64,000 nt of DNA from an uncultured Gemmatimonas sp. GTDB lineage: Bacteria; Latescibacterota; UBA2968; SICM01. Positions within the stretch are counted from its first letter, which is position 1. Every line of letters begins with the position of its first letter. The notes below the pieces were generated by a model, which had not been told where the DNA came from, searched no databases, and worked only from the letters and a program-made list of their open reading frames with translations. The translations under genes were made by a program, and so were the position numbers. The DNA lies in assembly GCA_964428665.1 (NCBI GenBank), contig CAYRZX010000002.1:4037-68036 (forward strand), written 5' to 3'. Below, piece by piece: positions 44,686 through 53,558 of this stretch.

Positions 44686-45950
44686 CCGCGGACGCCGCCG
44701 GAGAGAGGGTCCCCGCCGGGGGCCTGGTGAAGCACGGGACGCTCCTGTTCGCCGCCTCGATGGTGGCCAACGCCACCAACTACGCCTTCCGCTTCTTCAT
44801 GTCCCACCGCCTGGGCGCGGACTACAGGATTCTGGACGCCCTGCTGTCGGTCTTCATGATCATCTCTATCCCGGCCTCTGCCATTCAGACGGCCACGGCC
44901 AAGTACGCCTCGGACCTCAACGCAACCGGACAGCACGCCGAGATTGCCGACCTCTTCCTCCGCTCCCTGCGGCGGATCGGCCTCGTCTGTCTCGTCGGTC
45001 TGGCCGCCTTTCTCGCCTCGGCAAACGCCATCGCGGGCTATCTCCAGATCGACCGGACCGCGCCGGTGGTCCTGCTCGGCATCGCCCTTTTCCTCGCGTT
45101 GCTGCTCCCGGCGGCCGCCGGGGTCCTCCAGGGGCTTCAGCGGTTCGTCATTCTGGGTCTGATGGGCATCGGCGGCGCCCTGATCCGGCTGGGGGCCGGC
45201 GTCACCTTCATTCTGCTTGGCCTCGGCGTGAATGGGGCCGTCGGGGCGTCCGTCGTATCTTCGCTTGCCGGGGTTGTGATCGCCTTTTTCCCGCTTCGCC
45301 CCTTCCTGATGCGGTCCGGTGAAGGACCAGCGGACTCATCGGGGGTGTATCGCTACTTCGTGCCGGTCATCCTGTTCCTGACCTGCCAATCTCTCCTGTT
45401 TTACGTGGACAGCATCGTCGTCAATCACTACTTCGACCGGGAACAGGCAAATATCTACGCCACGGCCGCCATCGCGGGCAAGGCGTTTCTCTTTCTGCCC
45501 ACGGCCCTGGCCCTGGTCCTCTTCCCCAAGGCATCGGAGCTCTACGCCCTCCGGGAGAGTTCTTTCCGGCTGCTGATCCAGGCGATCCTCTACACCCTGG
45601 GCGTGGCGGCTGCGGGCGTGGCGGTCTGCTTCCTGTTTGCCGGGCCTCTATCCGTCATCGTCGGCGGGGCCTCCAGCGCGTCAGAGGTGGCCGGTCTCAT
45701 CCGTTACTTCGGCCTGGCCGTGACACCGGTGGCCCTCCTCCAGTTGCTGATCAGTCACGCGATGGCCGTCCACCGGACCAGCGCCCTCTATCCCCTCGCC
45801 GCCGGGACGCTCGCCTTCATCGGCGTCCTGTTTGCATTCCACGAAAGCCTCCGGCAGGTCCTGATCGGGATGGGGGGGGCCGGGTGCGGGCTGCTCGCCC
45901 TCCTTATCGTCTGGACCTGGATGGCGGAGAGGCGAACTGCCCATGCATGA
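44682..45950 (+). CDS. Polysaccharide biosynthesis protein / oligosaccharide flippase (MOP/Wzx-like)
   Basis: GTG at 44682 with a GTGA overlap on the hisB stop and AAGGGGAG upstream. About 12 TM segments and an N-terminus LLFAASMVANATNYAFRFFMSHRLG typical of Wzx-like proteins. Confidence 0.75.
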   Translation: MTADAAGERVPAGGLVKHGTLLFAASMVANATNYAFRFFMSHRLGADYRILDALLSVFMIISIPASAIQTATAKYASDLNATGQHAEIADLFLRSLRRIGLVCLVGLAAFLASANAIAGYLQIDRTAPVVLLGIALFLALLLPAAAGVLQGLQRFVILGLMGIGGALIRLGAGVTFILLGLGVNGAVGASVVSSLAGVVIAFFPLRPFLMRSGEGPADSSGVYRYFVPVILFLTCQSLLFYVDSIVVNHYFDREQANIYATAAIAGKAFLFLPTALALVLFPKASELYALRESSFRLLIQAILYTLGVAAAGVAVCFLFAGPLSVIVGGASSASEVAGLIRYFGLAVTPVALLQLLISHAMAVHRTSALYPLAAGTLAFIGVLFAFHESLRQVLIGMGGAGCGLLALLIVWTWMAERRTAHA

Positions 45951-47649
45951 GGGGAAGCTCTCGGTCCTGATGCCCGCGTTCAACGAGGGCCGGCACATCT
46001 ACCGGAACGTGGCCGAGACCCGCCTGGCCCTCCAGGAGATCGGGCGCCCCTACGAGATCATTGTGATCGACGACTGCAGCGCCGATGACACGGCCGCCGA
46101 GGTGGAGCGGGCCGCGGCGGACTTCGGCGACGTGCGGCTGAAGCGAAATGAAGAAAACCGGGGGAAGGGGTGGGCGCTCAAGAGCGGGTTCAGGGCGGCC
46201 ACGGGCGATTGGGTCGCCTTCGTGGACGCGGACCTGGACATCCACCCCCGGCAGTTGGGCCTCTACCTCCGCACGATGGAGGAGCAGGGGGCGGACGTGG
46301 TCATCGCCTCCAAGCGCCACCCCGGCTCCGTCCTGGACTACCCCTCCCACCGCAGGGCCATCAGCGCCGTCTACTTCGGCATCGTCAAGGCCCTGTTCGA
46401 CCTGCCCATCCGGGACACCCAGACCGGCCTCAAGCTCTTCCGGTATGAGGTGCTGGACCGCGTCTTCCACCGCATGCTGGTCAAGCGGTGGGCCTTTGAT
46501 CTGGAGCTGCTTGTCAACGCCCACCGCCTCGGCTACCGGATCGCGGACGCCCCCGTGCGCATCGACTTCCAGCGGAAACTGGGCCGCATGCGCTTCCGCG
46601 ACCTCTATTACACCGGCCTGGACACCCTGGCGGTCTTCTACCGCCTCCGCATCCTCAGGTTCTACGACCGGGCTTTCGAGCGCACGAAGGCCAGGCCGAA
46701 GGTCTCCATCGTCATCGCGGTCAAGGCCCCCAACCCCTGCCTCGCCGAGTGCCTCGACCGCTGCCTGCGCCTCGACTACCCGGACTATGAAATCCTCGTC
46801 CTGCCCGACGCCCCGTTCGACCCCCCTGACCCCCGCATCCGGGTCGTCCCCACCGGCGTTGTCGGCCCCTCCGAAAAGCGCGACATCGGGACGCGGGCGG
46901 CCGCCGGGGAACTGATCGCCTTCCTGGACGACGACGCCTATCCCATCGAGGACTGGCTGACGAACGCGGCGGCGAATTTCATCTCCCCCGACATCGCCGC
47001 CGTGGGGGGGCCGGGGGTCACGCCCGCCTCCGACGGCTACTGGGCGCAGGTCAGCGGCGCGATCTACGCCTCCCTGCTCGTCAGCGGGCCGCACGTCTGC
47101 CGCTACACCCCCCGCCGGCACCGGGAGGTGGACGACTACCCCTCCTGCAACCTGATCGTCCGCAAGTCCGCCTTCGAGCAGGTGGGCGGGTTCGGGAACC
47201 GCTTCTGGCCCGGCGAGGACACGGTCTTCTGCCTGAGGATCGTCAGAGACCTCAAAAAGAAGATCCTCTACGACCCCGACGTGATGGTCTACCACCACCG
47301 CCGGCCCCGCATCTCCGTCCACTTCCGGCAGGTCTGGAGCTACGCCGTCCACCGGGGCTACTTCGTCAAGCGCTTCCCGGAGACCTCGCGCCGGCCCGCC
47401 TACTTCCTCCCCTCCCTGTTCGTGGCGGGCGTCTGCCTCGGCTGGTTGCCATGCCTCTATTTTCCGGCCATGACGCAGGTCTACGTCGGGGCGCTGGCCG
47501 CCTACCTCCTGACCGTGCTCGTCGGGACGCCGGGGAAACTCAACCCGAAGTTCTATCCGACCACGGTCCTGGGCGTCATCGCCACGCACCTCACCTATGG
47601 AGCCGGGTTCCTCCGGGGGTTGCTGGCGAGGCGAATGCGGGAGGAATAA
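45943..47649 (+). CDS. Glycosyltransferase with two family-2 (GT-A) domains and C-terminal TM segments
   Basis: Domain 1: LSVLMPAFNEG..IIVIDDCSADDT..FVDADLD. Domain 2: VSIVIAVK..EILVLPD..AFLDDDAYP. ORF 45904..47589(-) is a shadow. Confidence 0.85.
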   Translation: MHEGKLSVLMPAFNEGRHIYRNVAETRLALQEIGRPYEIIVIDDCSADDTAAEVERAAADFGDVRLKRNEENRGKGWALKSGFRAATGDWVAFVDADLDIHPRQLGLYLRTMEEQGADVVIASKRHPGSVLDYPSHRRAISAVYFGIVKALFDLPIRDTQTGLKLFRYEVLDRVFHRMLVKRWAFDLELLVNAHRLGYRIADAPVRIDFQRKLGRMRFRDLYYTGLDTLAVFYRLRILRFYDRAFERTKARPKVSIVIAVKAPNPCLAECLDRCLRLDYPDYEILVLPDAPFDPPDPRIRVVPTGVVGPSEKRDIGTRAAAGELIAFLDDDAYPIEDWLTNAAANFISPDIAAVGGPGVTPASDGYWAQVSGAIYASLLVSGPHVCRYTPRRHREVDDYPSCNLIVRKSAFEQVGGFGNRFWPGEDTVFCLRIVRDLKKKILYDPDVMVYHHRRPRISVHFRQVWSYAVHRGYFVKRFPETSRRPAYFLPSLFVAGVCLGWLPCLYFPAMTQVYVGALAAYLLTVLVGTPGKLNPKFYPTTVLGVIATHLTYGAGFLRGLLARRMREE

Positions 47650-47663
47650 CCCCGAAGAATTGC

Positions 47664-47701
47664 TTGACAGGACCCCAAAATATGACTATAATTATAGTCA
47701 T
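47664..47701 (+). promoter_or_regulatory. Consensus sigma70 promoter overlapped by a perfect 20-bp palindrome (operator) for the TA remnant
   Basis: TTGACA (47664-47669), a 17-nt spacer, then TATAAT (47687-47692). The palindrome ATGACTATAATTATAGTCAT (47682-47701) covers the -10. Confidence 0.7.
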
Positions 47702-47714
47702 TACAAGGACATTC

Positions 47715-47876
47715 GTGTTTAACCCAGAAGCAACGTGGGAACTCCGTTTTGGCCCCGACAATCGGTTCCGCGTATTCTACGCCATCGCTCAAGAACTGCG
47801 AGAGGTCTATATTCTGACAATCGGGGTAAAACATCGTAATCGACTTGTGATCGGCGGAGAGGAGGTGACGCTATGA
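47715..47876 (+). pseudogene. N-terminally truncated RelE/ParE-family toxin remnant
   Basis: Only the C-terminal part of the family pattern is present: WELRFG..RFRVFYAI..ELREVYILTIGVKHRNRLVIGGEEV. The ATG at 47682 lies upstream of the predicted TSS. A GTG at 47715 follows AAGGA. About 53 aa against roughly 85-95 aa for intact family members (my recollection). Confidence 0.5.
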
Positions 47877-48151
47877 AAATTGTTTCGCTTGCAGATGTGA
47901 AGGCGCAATTTAGCGCCTATGTTAAAGCCTGCGAAAACGAAATAGTCGTCGTGACCCGAAACGGCAAACCGGTTGCAGTGCTGCTTCCTGTTGCCGATGA
48001 CGATGAGTTAGAGCGGCTTGCCATTGCCTATTCCCACAGATTCCAGGACATCATCGCGGCGGCGCGGCAGCAGATTCGTGAGACCGGCGGCATTCGTCAC
48101 GAGGACTTCTGGAATGAGGTCGCGTCTGAATCACCGGCCACGACTCAGTAG
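47873..48151 (+). CDS. Phd/YefM-family antitoxin
   Basis: ATGA overlap with the toxin remnant and GGAGAGGAGG upstream. Pattern IVSLADVKAQFSAYVKACENEIVVVTRNGKPVAVLLPV. Confidence 0.85.
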   Translation: MKIVSLADVKAQFSAYVKACENEIVVVTRNGKPVAVLLPVADDDELERLAIAYSHRFQDIIAAARQQIRETGGIRHEDFWNEVASESPATTQ

Positions 48152-48294
48152 ACTCAATTTCAGGTTTGACTTTTTGAGACGATATTAGTACTTATAGAAG
48201 ATACCCTTAGTTGGAAGGAGGGGGTCCTGAAGCCGAGACCGAACTCCGTGGACCTCCCCCTGATGGAGTTGCGATAATAAAGCTGGAGATATAT

Positions 48295-49782
48295 ATGAAA
48301 ATCGCTGTCGCCTATCCGCCCATAGAGACCTGGAAGGGGACGCCCCTGCTGTCGCAGAACCGGCAGTTCCAGTACTTTAACGACGCGACCTACGTCTATC
48401 CCATGGTCCCGGCCTACGCGGCCACGAACCTGAAGGCCCACGGCCACGACGTGGCCTGGATGGACGGCATCGCCGAGGGGTGGTCCTACGAGGAGTTCTG
48501 CCAGCGCCTCGACCACGAAGGCCCGGACCTCCTGATGATGGAGACGAAGACCCCGGTCATCAAGAAACACTGGGGGATCATAGCGGACCTGAAGGCCCGC
48601 TTCAAGGACCTCCGGATCGTCCTCGTGGGGGACCACGTGACCGCCCTGCCGGAGGAGACCCTCCGGATGTGTCCCGTCGATTACCTCCTGACGGGCGGGG
48701 ACTACGACTTCCTGATCGTCAACCTGGTAAACCACCTGACGAAGGGGGAGCCCCTGGAGGGCGGGGTCTGGTGGCGGGAGGGGGACCGGTTCGTCAACTC
48801 CGGCCCGATGGCCCTCAAGCCCCACCTCCTGGACGACCTCCCGATGGTGGACCGGGACCTGACCCGCTGGCAACTCTACGCCTACGACAACGGCAACTTC
48901 AAGTACAAGCCGGGGACCTACACCTACGCCGGGCGGGACTGCTGGTGGGGCAAGTGCACCTTCTGCGTGTGGGACCACACCCTCTATCCGCCCGGCAACT
49001 TCCGCATGCACTCCCCCGAGCGGATGCTCGACGAGGTGGGGCGCCTGATCGAGCACTACGGCATCAAGGAGATCTTCGACGACTGCGGCACCCTCCCCAT
49101 CGGGGCCTGGCTGAAGAAGTTCTGCCGGGGGATGATCGAGCGGGGCTACAACAGGCGGGTCAAATTCGGGTGCAACATGAAGCCCGGCCACCTCAACCAG
49201 GAGGAGTACGACCTGATGGGCGAGGCGGGCTTCCGGTTCATCCTCTACGGCATCGAGTCGGGCAATCAGAAGACCCTCGATAAACTGGACAAGGGCGGCA
49301 CCGTGCAGGACATCGAGGACAGCCTCCGCATGGCCAAGCAGGCCGGCCTGGAGCCGCACATCACCGTGATGATCGGCTACCCCTGGGAGACGCACGAGGA
49401 CTCGCAGCGGACCGTGGACTTCGCCAAGCGGGTGTTCAAGAAGGGCTACGTGGACACCCTCCAGGGGACCATCGTCGTGCCCTACCCCGGCACGCCCCTG
49501 TTCCAGGAGTGCAAAGAGAAGGGGTGGCTGCTCACAGAGGACTGGGACCGCTACGACATGCGCGAGTCGGTCATGAAGAACCCCATCACCAGCGAGGAGG
49601 CCCGCGCCTACACCCAGGGCCTCTACAGGGCGTTCATGAGCCCTCAGTACATCACCCGGAAGCTCCTCTCCATCCGGAGCGTGGACGACGTGAAGTTCTT
49701 CACCGAGGCGGGCAAGAAGCTCGTCGGCCACCTCCTCGATTTCAAGAAGAAGCAGCCCGTGGGCGCCGAGGCAGCGGATTGA
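48295..49782 (+). CDS. B12-binding-domain radical SAM enzyme
   Basis: ATG at 48295. N-terminal cobalamin-binding-like domain (DLLMMETKTPV..IVLVGDHVTALPEE) and a radical SAM cluster motif CWWGKCTFC. ORF 48160..49731(-) is a shadow. Confidence 0.85.
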   Translation: MKIAVAYPPIETWKGTPLLSQNRQFQYFNDATYVYPMVPAYAATNLKAHGHDVAWMDGIAEGWSYEEFCQRLDHEGPDLLMMETKTPVIKKHWGIIADLKARFKDLRIVLVGDHVTALPEETLRMCPVDYLLTGGDYDFLIVNLVNHLTKGEPLEGGVWWREGDRFVNSGPMALKPHLLDDLPMVDRDLTRWQLYAYDNGNFKYKPGTYTYAGRDCWWGKCTFCVWDHTLYPPGNFRMHSPERMLDEVGRLIEHYGIKEIFDDCGTLPIGAWLKKFCRGMIERGYNRRVKFGCNMKPGHLNQEEYDLMGEAGFRFILYGIESGNQKTLDKLDKGGTVQDIEDSLRMAKQAGLEPHITVMIGYPWETHEDSQRTVDFAKRVFKKGYVDTLQGTIVVPYPGTPLFQECKEKGWLLTEDWDRYDMRESVMKNPITSEEARAYTQGLYRAFMSPQYITRKLLSIRSVDDVKFFTEAGKKLVGHLLDFKKKQPVGAEAAD

Positions 49783-49788
49783 ATAGAA

Positions 49789-49883
49789 GCTGTCAGCCGT
49801 CAGCCGTCAGCCGTCAGCAAAAAACAGAGGCATGTCTGGTTTTGCTGATAGCTGATAGCTGATAGCTGATAGCTGATAGCTGA
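49789..49883. repeat. Tandem-heptamer hairpin (GCCGTCA x4 facing GCTGATA x5-6)
   Basis: gctgtca gccgtca gccgtca gccgtca gc - 25-nt loop - gctgata x5 gctgaa. The arms are complementary except at one or two positions per unit. Confidence 0.9.
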
Positions 49884-49888
49884 ACCTT

Positions 49889-50917
49889 ATGCCATTCGAC
49901 CTCCCCACGATCAGCGTCATCACGCCCACGCTCAACGCCGCCCGGACCCTGTCGCTCTGCCTGGAGAGCATCCGGGCGCAGGACTACCCGCAGGACCGGA
50001 TCGAGATCGTCGTCGGCGACGGCGGGTCCTCCGATGGCACGCTCGACGTGGCCCGGCGCTACGGCGTGGACCGGGTCGTCCAGAACCCCCTCAGGACCGC
50101 CGAGGCAGGGAAGGCGGTGGCCGTGGATGCCGCCCGCCACGACATCCTGGCGTTCATCGACAGCGACAACCTCCTCGACCGGCCCGACTGGCTGCGCCGG
50201 ATGGTGGGGCCCTTCGCCGACCCGGACATCGTCGCCTCGGAGCCGCTCGAATACACGTACCGCAGGACCGACCCCCTCATTACCCGCTACTGTGCCCTGA
50301 TGGGCATGAACGACCCCCTCTGCTACTTCATCGGGAATTACGACCGGATCAACCGGATCAGCGGCCGGTGGACGGAGCTGCCGGTCCAGGTTGAGGACCG
50401 GGGGGACTATCTCAGGGTGACGCTCGACGAGCGCCACATCCCCACCGTCGGGGCCAACGGATTCCTGGTGAGGCGCGAGCCGTTTCTCCGCACCCGCTAC
50501 AGGCCCTACCTGTTCGACATCGACGTCGTCTACGACCTCATCCAGGACGGCCACCGGCAGATCGCCAAGGTCAAGATCGGCATCGTCCACCTCTTCGCGG
50601 GCGACAGCCGGGCCTTCGCCCGGAAGCAGCGGCGCCGGGTGGGGGATTATATCCATTACAGCCGCCTGAACCTCAGAAGGTACCCCTGGGGAGCCGTCCC
50701 CCGGCTCAGGCTGTTCAGGTTTGCGCTCAGCACGCTCCTGATCTTCCCGCTCCTCCTCCAGGCGGTCCGGGGCATGGCCAGGACCTTCGACACGGCCTGG
50801 CTGTTTCACGTCAGGGCGTGCTGGCTGACGCTGGTCATCTACGGATGGGGCCTGTTCAGGGGCCGGGTCCTGGGCCGGACGACGGAAGTAGATCGCACAG
50901 GGTGGAGACAGATGTAA
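49889..50917 (+). CDS. Glycosyltransferase family 2
   Basis: Motif ISVITPTLNAARTL..C..S...Q.YP...IEIVVGDGGSSDGT..AFIDSDN. Confidence 0.85.
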   Translation: MPFDLPTISVITPTLNAARTLSLCLESIRAQDYPQDRIEIVVGDGGSSDGTLDVARRYGVDRVVQNPLRTAEAGKAVAVDAARHDILAFIDSDNLLDRPDWLRRMVGPFADPDIVASEPLEYTYRRTDPLITRYCALMGMNDPLCYFIGNYDRINRISGRWTELPVQVEDRGDYLRVTLDERHIPTVGANGFLVRREPFLRTRYRPYLFDIDVVYDLIQDGHRQIAKVKIGIVHLFAGDSRAFARKQRRRVGDYIHYSRLNLRRYPWGAVPRLRLFRFALSTLLIFPLLLQAVRGMARTFDTAWLFHVRACWLTLVIYGWGLFRGRVLGRTTEVDRTGWRQM

Positions 50918-50918
50918 A

Positions 50919-51875
50919 ATGAAAATATTCATCAGCGGCGGATGCGGGTTCATCGGCAGCCACCTCGTCGAGCGGCTGGCCGGCCGGCGCGAGGTCACCG
51001 TCTACGACGACCTCTCTTCAGGCCAAAGGGAATTCATCGCCCCCCTCCTGAGGGCGGGGAGGGTGAGGCTCATCCGGGGCGACATCCTCGACACCCAACG
51101 GCTCTACCGGGCGATGAAGGGTCACGACCTGGTCTTCCACCTGGCCGCCAACCCCGACATCCGCTCCGGCATCGAGCGGACCGACACCGACCTGAGGCTC
51201 GGCACCCTCGCGACCTACTGCATCCTGGAGGGCATGCGGCGCAACGGCATCCCCAGGATCGCGTTCGCCTCCAGCTCCGTCGTCTATGGGGAGCCGGAGC
51301 AGCTCCCCACCCCGGAGGACTACGGCCCCCTCCACCCCCTCTCCCTCTACGGGGCGAGCAAGCTGGCGTGCGAGGGCCTCCTGACGGCCTTCGCGCACAC
51401 CTTCGGGATGACCGCCTACATCTTCCGCTTCGCCAACATCGTCGGCGGCCGCACCACCCACGGCGTGCTCCACGACTTCCGACGAAAGCTCCAGAGGGAC
51501 CCGGACGCCCTGGAGGTCCTGGGCGACGGAAGGCAGAGGAAGTCCTATCTCCTGGTGGACGACTGCATCGACGCCATGCTCTACGTCATCCGTCGCTTGA
51601 AGGGGAGAGGCAGAGAGGGGGTCTTTCACGTCTTCAACCTGGGCAGCGGCGACCAGGTCTCCATCGCCGAGATCGCGCGCCTGATGGTGAGGGCCTTCGG
51701 CCGCCCCGGCGCGCAGATCCGCTACACCGGGGGCAGGCGGGGCTGGAGGGGCGACGTGCCCACCATGCTCCTGGACGTCTCCCGCATCCACCACCTGGGC
51801 TGGAAGGCCCGGCTCGGCTCGCGCGGGGCCGTGCAGGAGGCCATCCGGAGAATGAAGGAGGAGGAGGGGCGATGA
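50919..51875 (+). CDS. NAD-dependent sugar epimerase/dehydratase (SDR family)
   Basis: Rossmann motif ISGGCGFIGSHL and catalytic YGASKLACE. Confidence 0.9.
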   Translation: MKIFISGGCGFIGSHLVERLAGRREVTVYDDLSSGQREFIAPLLRAGRVRLIRGDILDTQRLYRAMKGHDLVFHLAANPDIRSGIERTDTDLRLGTLATYCILEGMRRNGIPRIAFASSSVVYGEPEQLPTPEDYGPLHPLSLYGASKLACEGLLTAFAHTFGMTAYIFRFANIVGGRTTHGVLHDFRRKLQRDPDALEVLGDGRQRKSYLLVDDCIDAMLYVIRRLKGRGREGVFHVFNLGSGDQVSIAEIARLMVRAFGRPGAQIRYTGGRRGWRGDVPTMLLDVSRIHHLGWKARLGSRGAVQEAIRRMKEEEGR

Positions 51876-52600
51876 AGGGGTGTTCGGAGACGCAGGTCGT
51901 CATCCTGGCCGGAGGCCTGGGGACCCGCCTGCGCCCCCTGACGGAGAAGATCCCCAAGGTCCTCGCCCCCGTCCTGGGGAGGCCGTTCCTCGGTTTCCAG
52001 CTCGAATACCTCAGGCGGGCCGGCTTCCGGAAGGTCCTGCTCCTGATCGCCTACCTGGGGGAGCAGATCGAGCAGTACTGCGGGGACGGACGGACCTGGG
52101 GGCTCCGGATAGACTACGCCCGCGAGCCTTCCCCGATGGGGACCGGCGGCGCCCTGAAGCTCGCCGAGGAGCGGCTGGCGGACCCCTTTGTGCTGATCAA
52201 CGGAGACACCTTCCTCCCGCTCGACTTCGACCGCCTGCTGACCTCGTTCTTCGCCGCGCCCTGTGCGGGGTTGATGGCCGTCTACGCCGGCGGCCAGGAC
52301 GCCCCGCCCCACAACGTCCGGGTCGGCCAGGACGGGTTTATCAGCGCCTACAACAAGCGCAACCCCGACGGCCTGAACGGCGTGGACGCCGGCGTCTCCG
52401 TCTACCGCCGGGAGGTCCTGCGGGAGGCCCCGGCGGGGAGGCCGTTCTCCTTCGAGGAGGAGCTGCTCCCCCGCCTGATCCGGAAAAGAGAGCTGCGGGG
52501 CCTCCTCATCCGCGAGCGCTTCTACGACATGGGCACGCCCGAAAACCTCCGCAAGACGGAGGAGTTTCTCAGAAAAGAGCTAACCGATGATCATCTCTAG
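51872..52600 (+). CDS. Sugar-1-phosphate nucleotidyltransferase (HddC/GmhD-like)
   Basis: ATGA overlap start at 51872. Motif VILAGGLGTRLRPLTEKIPKVLAPV. Confidence 0.85.
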   Translation: MKGCSETQVVILAGGLGTRLRPLTEKIPKVLAPVLGRPFLGFQLEYLRRAGFRKVLLLIAYLGEQIEQYCGDGRTWGLRIDYAREPSPMGTGGALKLAEERLADPFVLINGDTFLPLDFDRLLTSFFAAPCAGLMAVYAGGQDAPPHNVRVGQDGFISAYNKRNPDGLNGVDAGVSVYRREVLREAPAGRPFSFEEELLPRLIRKRELRGLLIRERFYDMGTPENLRKTEEFLRKELTDDHL

Positions 52601-53558
52601 GACGCCCCTCAGGATCAGCTTCCTGGGAGGCGGGACCGACTTCCGCCCCTTTTACGAGCGCGGCTGGGGGGCCGTCACCTCCGTCGCCGTCAACAAATAC
52701 GTCTACATCGCCGTCAACAGGAAATTTGATCACGGCATCCGGGTCAGCTACTCCAGGACCGAACTCGTCCGGCGCGTGGACGAGGTGAAGCACGACCTGG
52801 TCCGCGAGGCCATGCGGCTCACCGGCGTCACGCGCGGCGTGGAGATCGTGTCCATCGCCGACATCCCCTCGCGGGGCACGGGGCTGGGGTCTTCGAGCGC
52901 GTTCACGGTGGGCCTCCTCAACGCCCTCTACGCTTACGCCGGGAAGACCGTGACGCCCGAGCGCCTGGCCAGGGAGGCCGCGCGCATCGAGATCGACATC
53001 CTGAAGGAGCCCATCGGCAAGCAGGACCACTACATCGCCGCCTACGGGGGCATCCGCCACTTCCGCTTCCTCCCGGACGAGCGGGTGAAAGCCGCGCCCA
53101 TTGTGTGCGATCAAAAGTTCAAACAAAAGCTGAACAGGCACCTGATGCTCTTCTACACGGGCATCACCCGGAAGGCCCGGTCCATCCTGAAGCGCCAGAC
53201 GGAGAACATCGCTCACCGCCTCCCCGTCCTCGATCGGATGCGCGTCCAGGCCGAGGAGGCCAGAGACCTCCTGCGGCGCGGGGACGTCCGGGGGCTGGGG
53301 GCCCTGCTCCACGAGGGGTGGGTGCTCAAGCGGCAGCTCGCCAGGGGAGTCACCAACGCCACCATAGAGCGCTACTATCAGAAGGCCCTCGACGCGGGGG
53401 CCGCGGGCGGGAAGCTCCTCGGCGCAGGCCGGGGGGGGTTCCTGCTGCTCTGCTGCGACCCCTCCGGGCAGGACCGCGTCCGCAGGGCGCTGAAGGAGAT
53501 GGAGGAGACCCCGTTTGCGTTCGAGCCGGAGGGGAGCAAGATCGTCTATGTGGACTGA
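52587..53558 (+). CDS. GHMP-family sugar kinase (heptose-7-phosphate / fucose kinase-like, HddA-type)
   Basis: Motifs RTPLRISFLGGGTDF and the GHMP motif PSRGTGLGSSSAF. Confidence 0.85.
   Translation: MIISRTPLRISFLGGGTDFRPFYERGWGAVTSVAVNKYVYIAVNRKFDHGIRVSYSRTELVRRVDEVKHDLVREAMRLTGVTRGVEIVSIADIPSRGTGLGSSSAFTVGLLNALYAYAGKTVTPERLAREAARIEIDILKEPIGKQDHYIAAYGGIRHFRFLPDERVKAAPIVCDQKFKQKLNRHLMLFYTGITRKARSILKRQTENIAHRLPVLDRMRVQAEEARDLLRRGDVRGLGALLHEGWVLKRQLARGVTNATIERYYQKALDAGAAGGKLLGAGRGGFLLLCCDPSGQDRVRRALKEMEETPFAFEPEGSKIVYVD

Noticed and set aside
49789-49883. Tandem repeat tracts as possible CRISPR arrays.
   Set aside because: The period is 7-8 nt with no spacers, the tracts are 30-100 nt long, and there are no cas genes in the window.
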